From an uncultured Bacteroidales bacterium (GTDB taxonomy: Bacteria > Bacteroidota > Bacteroidia > Bacteroidales > VadinHA17), in NCBI GenBank assembly GCA_963750735.1, contig CAVVRY010000013.1, forward strand, positions 1,856 through 65,855: 64,000 nt of DNA. The letters run 5' to 3'. Made by a program: the position numbers and the translations under genes. Below the pieces are notes generated by a model. It saw only the letters and a list, made by a program, of their open reading frames with translations, did not search any database and had not been told where the DNA came from. Shown here piece by piece: positions 56,781 to 64,000 of this stretch. Each line of letters starts with the position of its first letter. Within the stretch, counting starts at the first letter, position 1.

Positions 56781-57995
56781 ATGAAAAAGCTTTTATTCAT
56801 ACTTATGATTCTGGTTTTGGGGAGCTCGGGGTTCTCACAATTTTTAATAAGCGATTGCTGCACCTGCTTTTCTTATCAATATGGGAGTAATTCAGGCTAC
56901 TTCAGGGACTCAACCATTCATTATATAATTGATCGTAGCAATGGGAATATGCTGGAAAGCTCATTTACAAGATATATTTACAGCAATGGCAAACTAGCAG
57001 AAACGATCGGATATCGATTTGATCATGATTTTTACCGTAGAGAAGAATCATACATGCAGATAAAGAAGTTTAATGCCTATAAAAATGATACGGAAAGATT
57101 AAATTATCGCTGGGATAAGAATTTCCAGAGCTGGAAAGAAAGTAGCAAGGGTGTAAATTACTATACGGAAGCCCAAAAACTCTCCCATACCGTGGATTTT
57201 AAGTTTAATGAGTATTCCAGAGCCTGGGAGAACAATTTTATGAATGAGACATTTTTGGAAAGGAATGGAGCCATCAGAACAAATGCTTCTAAAAAATGGG
57301 ATGCGCCTTCTGGCAAGTGGATTGTGAAATCAAGAAATACATGTAAAGATGAGGTGGGCATACTTCAAAGAATATGCATATCGACAGAATGGAAGGAAGA
57401 TGTAGGTAGCTGGGTGCAATCCCAAAAAACAATCAATCAGTTTAATTCCGACATGACCCTTGCAGAGACCTTCCTGTATACCTGGGATGAAGAAAATGAT
57501 AGCTGGGGTAATTTACGGCATTTTGAGTATGAATATGATGCTTCCGGTAGAAAAAAAGCCTGGTTTAGCTGGGTTTATGATGAAGAAACCGGAGAAAAAG
57601 TAAGCAGAGGGTACCAACAATATATTTATGACAAGAACGGAAATAATTCGGAGGTATTAAGCCTCTCCTGGGATAAAGTTTCCAAACAGTGGAAGGTTTA
57701 CCAGAAGCAGGTTCATTATTGGTCGAAAAATGGTGAAGGAAACAGCGGGGATGTTTTATTTGAATCACTCAGTGTTTATCCCAATCCTTTTAGCGATCAG
57801 GCCCGCCTTAGCCTTTCCGGCATTACCAACATTAAAAAGGTTGAACTCAGGGATATATACAGCAAACTGGTAAAGAATTATGATTTTGACAATGAGGAGG
57901 AAATAATTATAACGCGAAGTGGATTAAAACCAGGGGTATATTTTATAAAAGTTTATGCGGACAAGGTATTCTCAACAAGGGTAGTTATTCATTAA
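56781..57995 (+). CDS. Secreted protein with T9SS type A C-terminal sorting domain
   Basis: 404 aa with signal peptide. C-terminal LSVYPNPFSDQARLSL...GVYFIKVYADKVFSTRVVIH is typical of a Por secretion tail. Confidence 0.8.
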   Translation: MKKLLFILMILVLGSSGFSQFLISDCCTCFSYQYGSNSGYFRDSTIHYIIDRSNGNMLESSFTRYIYSNGKLAETIGYRFDHDFYRREESYMQIKKFNAYKNDTERLNYRWDKNFQSWKESSKGVNYYTEAQKLSHTVDFKFNEYSRAWENNFMNETFLERNGAIRTNASKKWDAPSGKWIVKSRNTCKDEVGILQRICISTEWKEDVGSWVQSQKTINQFNSDMTLAETFLYTWDEENDSWGNLRHFEYEYDASGRKKAWFSWVYDEETGEKVSRGYQQYIYDKNGNNSEVLSLSWDKVSKQWKVYQKQVHYWSKNGEGNSGDVLFESLSVYPNPFSDQARLSLSGITNIKKVELRDIYSKLVKNYDFDNEEEIIITRSGLKPGVYFIKVYADKVFSTRVVIH

Positions 57996-58099
57996 AGTAC
58001 AATTCAATCTATCAAGAAGGTTTTATTTTCCTTGCCAGAATTATAGGAATACCCCTCCAAAATTTTAAGATTGAAACAAAATAAACAATTTAGCTTTAT

Positions 58100-58654
58100 T
58101 TAAAAATATCCCGTAATTGGAATCAAAGAGATCTCCAATTTAAATATTAAATCATCATCGCTGTCCTCTTCATGCACTTCGGCTAATTCAGGGATAGGCA
58201 AACTGGTGTTAAAAATATCATGCGTAATTTTCCAGGTACCATCTTCCTGCTTCCTCCAAATCTCAATATATTTCCCATTGTCTCCTGGTATATCATCTCC
58301 GAAATCAAGATTATATATTCCATAGACATACGCCAAATCTTCTGCTCCCTTAAGCTCATCTATATTAAACTCCATTTCAAAATCTGGGAATAAGCCAAAA
58401 AACTCAACAATGTTATCTCTTCCTTTAACAGGGTCAGAATTTGGAGCTAAAACTAATGCATCCTCAGTATAATACATAACTGTATATACTGCAATATCTC
58501 CAGTTTCATTCATTAATTGCATTGCTTTTGCAGCGGTTTCCCGGATAGCAGCTTCGTCTTCTTCCGTAAATCTAACGGAAGTTTTTTGCTCACAAGAACT
58601 GAATAATAAAATACCAGAAATAAAGAGCCCGAATAAAATTTTTTTGTTTTGCAT
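58100..58654 (-). CDS. DUF4440/SnoaL-like lipoprotein
   Basis: 184 aa. Lipobox FSSCE. NTF2-like pattern (..KGRDNIVEFF..; GKYIEIWRKQEDGTWKITHDIFN). Confidence 0.6.
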   Translation of the reverse strand: MQNKKILFGLFISGILLFSSCEQKTSVRFTEEDEAAIRETAAKAMQLMNETGDIAVYTVMYYTEDALVLAPNSDPVKGRDNIVEFFGLFPDFEMEFNIDELKGAEDLAYVYGIYNLDFGDDIPGDNGKYIEIWRKQEDGTWKITHDIFNTSLPIPELAEVHEEDSDDDLIFKLEISLIPITGYF

Positions 58655-58837
58655 GACAATGGGTTTTAGTGAAATGTATTGTAAAATTGACTTAAATCCG
58701 AACTGAGGGACAAAGGAGAGTTGTTTTTCAATATAACACCCTGTTAACGAATATATGACAATTTTATGAGAAAGTCAATAGTAAAATATTCTTTTTATGG
58801 AAGGTGTAATTCGTTTGTAATAAACTCCTGATTCTCA

Positions 58838-60733
58838 TTATTCAACAAACTCATCCAGGTCCATCCAACGCATGGTTTTTTCATCCAATAATTCCATTGT
58901 CGCTTTAACCTCAACTGAAATTTTTTCCAATTCCAGGTAATCCAGAACACCGGAATTCAGCGATACTTCAAGTTCCTTCTTTTTTCTTTCCAATTCTTCT
59001 ATTTCCTGCTCCAATTGTTCATATTCTCGTTGCTCCTTAAAGCTTAATTTCTTCTTAACCTGAGGCTCATTCTTCTCCTTATCCTTTTTTGCTGATTTTT
59101 TGAACTGTTGAAGTTCAGCCCTGTCTTTTTTTACTTTGGCCTCCCTTTTCAATTGATACTCAGTATAGGTTCCGTAAAAATCAAGGATTCTCCCCTCCCC
59201 TTCAAAAATAAAGAAATGATCGACCAGCCTATCCAGCAAATACCGGTCATGCGAGACAAGAATAAGAACTCCTTTAAAACCGGCAAGAAATTCTTCCAGT
59301 TTGTTCAGTGTTAAGATATCCAGGTCATTTGTGGGTTCATCCAAAATCAGAAAATTAGGATTTTTCATTAGTACCGTTAAAAGGTACAAGCGGCGCTTTT
59401 CTCCCCCGCTTAACTTAGCCACCTGGGTATATTGCATTACAGGATTAAACATGAAAAATTGCAAAAACTGTGATACAGAAACGACCGAACCATTTCCCAT
59501 TGTTATTACCTCTGCGATATCCTTTAAAACATCTATTACCCTTTTTCCATCATCAAATACAATCCCCTCCTGTGCATAATATGAATGTACTATTGTTTCT
59601 CCGGTAATTACCTCCCCTGAATCAGGCAACTCTATTCCTGTTATAATATTTAAATAACTGGTTTTTCCAGTTCCATTGTGCCCAATAATTCCAAGCCTTT
59701 CACCACGATGAAAAGTATAATTATAGTCTTTCAATATTGTTATTTCACCATAACTTTTGCTGATTTTCTTTAGTTCCAGTACCTTTTTTCCCATTCTTGA
59801 CATTTTAACGTCGAATTTGAGATCAGGATCTTGTTTATTTGTCTTTGCTTTTTCTTCAGTTCTGTAAAATGCATCTATCCTTGATTTAGATTTATGCGTC
59901 CTTGCTTTTGGCATCCGACGCATCCATTCTAATTCCTGTTTTAGCAATTTGCCTGCGCCTGCTGTTTCTGCACGTAAAACTTCTTCCCTGGCTGCTTTTT
60001 TTTCAAGAAAGTATGCATAGTTGCCATTGTATGCATATATTTTTTCGTCACTGAGCTCTAATATTCTAGTACATACCCTGTCAAGAAAATATCGGTCATG
60101 GGTAACCATTAAAAGAGTAATGCTGGATGTCAATATATATTTTTCAATCCACTCAATCATTTCAATATCAAGATGGTTTGTTGGCTCATCAAGTATTAGA
60201 AGATCTGGATCATCGAGCAATACCAGAGCCAGAGCCAGTCTTTTTTTCTGGCCTCCTGAAAGTGTACCAACCTGCTGGTCAATCTGGGTAATTCTAAACC
60301 TGGCCAGAATCTCTTTCATCCTTCTTTCGTAATCCCAGCCATTTATTTCATCCATCTTTGCCGATAACTTCTCAAAGCTTTTTTGAGTTTCTCCAGAATA
60401 ATTTTCAGATTGCTCTTTTACTGCCTGTTCATAGCTTTTGATCAAACTAACCGTCTCGGAATTTGTTTCAAGGATCAGTTGCTGTATACTTAGATTATCA
60501 TCCAGTTCTGGCTCCTGGTCAAGCATTGACACCCGAAGGCCATCTCTAACTGCAACTTCACCAGAATCTGCTACATCTTTCCCTGCAAGAATTCGAAGTA
60601 AGGTTGATTTACCAGCGCCATTGCTGGCGATCAGGGCCACCCGGTCTCCTTTGCTTAACCCAAAACCAAGGTTCTCAAAAAGGATCCGTTCTCCATAATA
60701 TTTTGTTAAATCTTCTGCTGATAAATAATTCAT
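58838..60733 (-). CDS. ABC-F family ATPase (two ABC domains, no TM domain, C-terminal coiled coil)
   Basis: 631 aa. Two Walker A motifs (ASNGAGKST, GHNGTGKTS). Two signatures (LSGGQKKR, LSGGEKRR). Lys/Glu-rich tail. Confidence 0.9.
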   Translation of the reverse strand: MNYLSAEDLTKYYGERILFENLGFGLSKGDRVALIASNGAGKSTLLRILAGKDVADSGEVAVRDGLRVSMLDQEPELDDNLSIQQLILETNSETVSLIKSYEQAVKEQSENYSGETQKSFEKLSAKMDEINGWDYERRMKEILARFRITQIDQQVGTLSGGQKKRLALALVLLDDPDLLILDEPTNHLDIEMIEWIEKYILTSSITLLMVTHDRYFLDRVCTRILELSDEKIYAYNGNYAYFLEKKAAREEVLRAETAGAGKLLKQELEWMRRMPKARTHKSKSRIDAFYRTEEKAKTNKQDPDLKFDVKMSRMGKKVLELKKISKSYGEITILKDYNYTFHRGERLGIIGHNGTGKTSYLNIITGIELPDSGEVITGETIVHSYYAQEGIVFDDGKRVIDVLKDIAEVITMGNGSVVSVSQFLQFFMFNPVMQYTQVAKLSGGEKRRLYLLTVLMKNPNFLILDEPTNDLDILTLNKLEEFLAGFKGVLILVSHDRYLLDRLVDHFFIFEGEGRILDFYGTYTEYQLKREAKVKKDRAELQQFKKSAKKDKEKNEPQVKKKLSFKEQREYEQLEQEIEELERKKKELEVSLNSGVLDYLELEKISVEVKATMELLDEKTMRWMDLDEFVE

Positions 60734-60778
60734 GAGATTTTCTGTCAGTCTTTATCTTGAAAATACTTTAAGCGATAA

Positions 60779-61243
60779 TCACTTATCAAGCTTAAGATCC
60801 CGAAAAGGATGTGCCTTTGGGCTATTAACCACCCAGAGAGAAAATAGATTTAGGTAATTCCAAAATGAAATAACATACTCTTTTGGAACATTAAGTGCAG
60901 GCAACAAATCCTTATAGCAAGCCAGCCATATCTCCCTGGCCTTGCTCGTTATTTCAAAGGGTTCGTGTCTTTTGGTCATCATCGGCATGCCTCTGTTTTC
61001 TTTGTAATAGGGATACCCGCCACATATCTGAATAAAGAAATCTGAGGCTCTTTGTTTTGCTTTTTCAAGCTCACCGATGGTTGATGGAAAAAGATGTTTG
61101 ACATCAGATTTTACCAGCAGGTCATAATGATCACTGATTAAATTCCGCATGCCCTTCTCCCCTAACGATTTCAAAAATTCGGGATCAGGAAGTTGAACGT
61201 GTGGTCTTGATCCTTCCTTCCAATCTATTATTTGTAAATCCAT
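60779..61243 (-). CDS. Truncated-haemoglobin-like bacterial globin
   Basis: 154 aa. KAKQRASDFFIQICGGYPYY...MMTKRHEPFEITSKAREIWLACY matches the trHb pattern (..Q..F......GGP..Y.......RH..F.I....RD.WL.CM) with the proximal His. Confidence 0.7.
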   Translation of the reverse strand: MDLQIIDWKEGSRPHVQLPDPEFLKSLGEKGMRNLISDHYDLLVKSDVKHLFPSTIGELEKAKQRASDFFIQICGGYPYYKENRGMPMMTKRHEPFEITSKAREIWLACYKDLLPALNVPKEYVISFWNYLNLFSLWVVNSPKAHPFRDLKLDK

Positions 61244-61251
61244 TTTTTCAC

Positions 61252-61533
61252 CTATACAATAATTTTAACACCATTCCAGAATGCAATGTGCCCCTCAATG
61301 CTTTTTGCTTCTGCAGAGGCATTAGGATAATACCATGCAGCATCTTCATTTCTTTTTCCATCCACCTCCAGGGAATAATAGCTCGCTGTACCTTTCCATG
61401 GACAGACAGTTTGTGTGCCTGATTCAACGAATAATTCCCTATTAATAGAATTTGGTGGAAAATAATGATTTCCTTCAATTATAATGGTGTCATTGCTTTC
61501 CGCGAGTATTTTATTGTTCCAAATAGCTTTCAT
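61252..61533 (-). CDS. DUF427 domain protein
   Basis: 93 aa. ..IIEGNHYFP.......TVCPWKG.ASYY......DAAWYYP......I.GHIAFW is the DUF427 pattern. Confidence 0.7.
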   Translation of the reverse strand: MKAIWNNKILAESNDTIIIEGNHYFPPNSINRELFVESGTQTVCPWKGTASYYSLEVDGKRNEDAAWYYPNASAEAKSIEGHIAFWNGVKIIV

Positions 61534-61542
61534 ATATATTAA

Positions 61543-62484
61543 TTAAGTTAATTGCTTTTCAAATAAGGCATTGCAAAAATATTTCCGACTATCGTAAAAT
61601 AGCTTGTTAAGTTTTAAGCCCGAGCCTGCAATTATTTTTTGCAGAATCTGTTCATCATATTTCCTGGAGATCTCTGTATGAATTTTCTCCCCTTTTTTGA
61701 AGCCAAAAGATTCATTCAATTCCTTTATAAACACAACTTGTTCTTTTTCACTCTGTAGATAGCTGTATGCTACCCCTGCCTCTTCATCGTATTCAGGTTG
61801 GTGGGAAAAATTCTTAATATCAAATGTTCCCCCAAGTTCGTGGTTAATTCTTTTTAGTAAATTAAGATTAAATTCGGCTGTAATACCCTGATTATCATTG
61901 TAAGCCGGAAGTATAATATCCTTACTTTTTTTGAGATCTACACCAAGAAAAAACATATCTCCATTGTTCATTTTTGATGCAATATTGCATATAAATGACC
62001 TTGCCTCGTTATCATTTAAGTTCCCAATATTTGATCCTAAAAATAGAATGATTTTTTTTTCAGTACCTTTTAAGCTGTTTAATATTTCAAAATACTCACC
62101 CTGTCTTGCATCAATTTGCAATTCTGGCAATACACCCTTAAGTTTTTCTGATAGTGTATTCAACGCATTTGAAGATATGTCAATAGGTATAAACCTGAAA
62201 TTCTTATGCCTGATTTCCTTCAGCAGTTCAATGGTTTTTGTTCCATCCCCAGCCCCCAGCTCGTAGATCTCAAATGATTGGTTTTGAATTTTAAATGCCT
62301 CAATTATTTTGTCAGATTGTTCGTTGAATATCTCAAGTTCACAATCGGTAAGATAGTACTCGGGCAACTGCATAATTTTTATAAACAGTTCATCTCCAAC
62401 AGAATCATAGAAATATTTTGAAGACAAAAATTTCGGATCTGATTCCAATCCTTTTTTAACATCAATGGCGAACGTACTATCCAT
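61543..62484 (-). CDS. egtD: L-histidine N-alpha-methyltransferase (ergothioneine biosynthesis EgtD)
   Basis: 313 aa. N-terminal PKFLSSKYFYDSVGDELFIKIMQLPEYYLTDCE and the SAM fold ELGAGDGTKT are typical of EgtD. Directly downstream of egtB (3-nt gap). Confidence 0.85.
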   Translation of the reverse strand: MDSTFAIDVKKGLESDPKFLSSKYFYDSVGDELFIKIMQLPEYYLTDCELEIFNEQSDKIIEAFKIQNQSFEIYELGAGDGTKTIELLKEIRHKNFRFIPIDISSNALNTLSEKLKGVLPELQIDARQGEYFEILNSLKGTEKKIILFLGSNIGNLNDNEARSFICNIASKMNNGDMFFLGVDLKKSKDIILPAYNDNQGITAEFNLNLLKRINHELGGTFDIKNFSHQPEYDEEAGVAYSYLQSEKEQVVFIKELNESFGFKKGEKIHTEISRKYDEQILQKIIAGSGLKLNKLFYDSRKYFCNALFEKQLT

Positions 62485-62487
62485 AGT

Positions 62488-63645
62488 TTATTTTTTTGCC
62501 AACCGAATTCCTGTAAATTGCCATTGAAAATGGGGATGAAAAAAATTCCTGTAGGTTTTACGGCTGTGTCCAGGAGATGTGGCAATTGAAGCCCCGCGCA
62601 GCACCATCTGATTAACCATAAATTTTCCATTGTATTCCCCTACAGCACCACTGGCTTTGAGATAGCCTGGATAAGGCAGATACGCACTATTTGTCCATTC
62701 CCATCTTATGCCCCAATTCAATTGATCAGCAGCTGCTTCCCACTCAAATTCAGTAGGCAATCGCATATTTTTCCATTCGGCAAAAGCACTTGCTTCATAA
62801 AAACTTACATGGCTGAGAATTTCATCCCTCTTTATTTCATTCAGTCCATACAATGAATATCTATACCATTTATCACCTTCCTTAAGCCAATATAATGGAG
62901 AATTAATGTTGTTTTCACTTACCCAGGTCCAACCTTCATCCTGCCAGAGATCAAATCTTTTATAACCCTGATCTTCAATGAAATCCAGGAAATCTCCATT
63001 GGTTACCAGGCCACGGCTGATTTCATATTCATTTAGGTGCACCTTATGGTTAGCCAGTTCATTATCAAAACAAAATCCATAAGCCTTATAACCAATTTCA
63101 TACAATCCGGTTGAAATTTTAATAAAGCCTGAATTTAAATTAAAATCATCCTGGAATCTACCTTCATTTGAATAGGCCGGATAGAGTGGGTTATGACCCA
63201 AAATAAATTTTATATCAGTTAAAAACAATTCCTGATGCTGTTGCTCATGATTCAGTCCCAATTCAATCAAATCAACAAGTTCCTTTGATATTTCAGGCCC
63301 GTTAAGTAGATCAAGCATTGCTTCATCAACATGTTTTCTATAACTATAGACCTCATCAACAGTAGGCCTGCTTAGCGCTCCGCGGTTAGACCTTATTACT
63401 CTGTCACCAATTGCATTGTAATAACTGTTAAATAAAAATGAAAATTTCGGATGATAGAGAGCATAATCCGGAACATAACTTTTTAAAATAAACTCTTCGA
63501 AAAACCAGCTTGTATGTCCAAGGTGCCATTTTGGGGGACTGGTATAATAAACAGGCTGAGGCACATAATCCTCAGTTTTTAAAGGAGAACATAAATCTTC
63601 TGTATATTTTCTTATTTCTTTGAATTTTTCCTTCATTTCCGACAT
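62488..63645 (-). CDS. egtB: Ergothioneine biosynthesis sulfoxide synthase EgtB (DinB-like + FGE-sulfatase-like domains), short form
   Basis: 385 aa. DinB-type His ligands (WHLGHTSWFFE; NHEQQHQELF). C-terminal FGE-like WEWT.S.Y.PYPG..........LRGAS..T region. Confidence 0.8.
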   Translation of the reverse strand: MSEMKEKFKEIRKYTEDLCSPLKTEDYVPQPVYYTSPPKWHLGHTSWFFEEFILKSYVPDYALYHPKFSFLFNSYYNAIGDRVIRSNRGALSRPTVDEVYSYRKHVDEAMLDLLNGPEISKELVDLIELGLNHEQQHQELFLTDIKFILGHNPLYPAYSNEGRFQDDFNLNSGFIKISTGLYEIGYKAYGFCFDNELANHKVHLNEYEISRGLVTNGDFLDFIEDQGYKRFDLWQDEGWTWVSENNINSPLYWLKEGDKWYRYSLYGLNEIKRDEILSHVSFYEASAFAEWKNMRLPTEFEWEAAADQLNWGIRWEWTNSAYLPYPGYLKASGAVGEYNGKFMVNQMVLRGASIATSPGHSRKTYRNFFHPHFQWQFTGIRLAKK

Positions 63646-63750
63646 TTGTCACGGTTTATAGTTTTGGGATTTAAAACACTCGCAAAATACGCATTATACT
63701 TCAAGGGTAAAAGTCATGCATATGACAATCAAAAACAATAGAAATTACAT

Positions 63751-64000
63751 TTATAACCATTTTACTCTAACTACTGAATATGGGATTTTGTTTTTTTCAA
63801 AGTATCGAAGCCATCTTTTCTGATTGGGACGAAGCTGATCACCAGGGCCTTTCACTTCAATTAGCTGATAAGTATTTGATTGTGGGTAAAAAATAACCAG
63901 ATCGGGAAAACCTGATGTAAAATCTGATAAATTGCCGGCCATTCGGGTGAGAATGGACCTGATATCCTCAGCCGGAACTTTGTTAATAAGGGTTTTTATT
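63751..64000 (-). CDS. VRR-NUC domain nuclease, C-terminal part (5' end outside window)
   Basis: GFPDLVIF....YQLIEVKGPGDQLRPNQKRWL is the VRR-NUC (PD-(D/E)xK) core. The frame stays open from 63942 to the window edge. Confidence 0.7.
   Translation of the reverse strand, partial: IKTLINKVPAEDIRSILTRMAGNLSDFTSGFPDLVIFYPQSNTYQLIEVKGPGDQLRPNQKRWLRYFEKNKIPYSVVRVKWL

Noticed and set aside
63751-64000. VRR-NUC gene as evidence of a defence island or prophage at the window edge
   Set aside because: It is a single partial nuclease gene with no phage, restriction or toxin partners visible. That is not enough to claim a system.

Overview
Low-GC chromosomal segment (roughly 35-40% GC by eye). Bacteroidota hallmarks: a T9SS C-terminal sorting domain protein, many lipoprotein or signal-peptide proteins, TonB, near-consensus TAnnTTTG -7 boxes, and GTCATTTCGAA-type intergenic repeats. 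About 55 protein-coding genes. I found no rRNA, tRNA, CRISPR array, transposase or integrase. All family names come from motifs I recognise in the translated ORFs; no database search was run.

Content, left to right:
- GH-like fragment, Tat-signal SDR/epimerase, sdaA and an MBL hydrolase.
- A 3 x 156-bp structured tandem repeat and a decayed lipoprotein gene.
- An imperfect tandem segmental duplication (about 5175-11061 and 11062-18896). It carries a membrane protein, a class D beta-lactamase, a GH95 fucosidase, an FNR-type regulator and a TonB-like gene. The second copy's cargo genes are all frameshifted, but it also holds an NADH-oxidase-like gene and a novel helical protein.
- A NifX-like gene and a second helical paralog; cvfB.
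- A six-gene envelope operon (porin, DUF4136, POTRA-less Omp85-like, Gly-zipper) plus a separate beta-barrel gene. The operon promoter shares a 22-bp direct-repeat operator with the neighbouring AI-2E transporter gene.
- Sugar isomerase, Zn-ADH and AKR; tex; DUF1254/1214; CPBP protease; secreted ankyrin protein.
- A peptidoglycan-scavenging locus in which GHL10 (DUF187) domains are fused once to NamZ-like DUF1343 and once to an Amidase_3 domain.
- ABC exporter; an RND efflux triad; a MITE-like inverted repeat next to an Omp85-like gene stub.
- ABC-F ATPase; a tight egtB-egtD-DUF427-globin operon; a partial VRR-NUC gene.

Best candidates for something new:
- The asymmetric duplication with its FNR-linked redox module and uncharacterised His/Cys helical paralogs.
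- The GHL10 fusions.
- The shared direct-repeat operator.
- The 156-bp structured repeats.
- The extended ergothioneine operon.

About a fifth of the genes have interrupted reading frames. This is either real genome decay or indel-type sequencing error, and the sequence alone cannot settle that for the single-copy genes.
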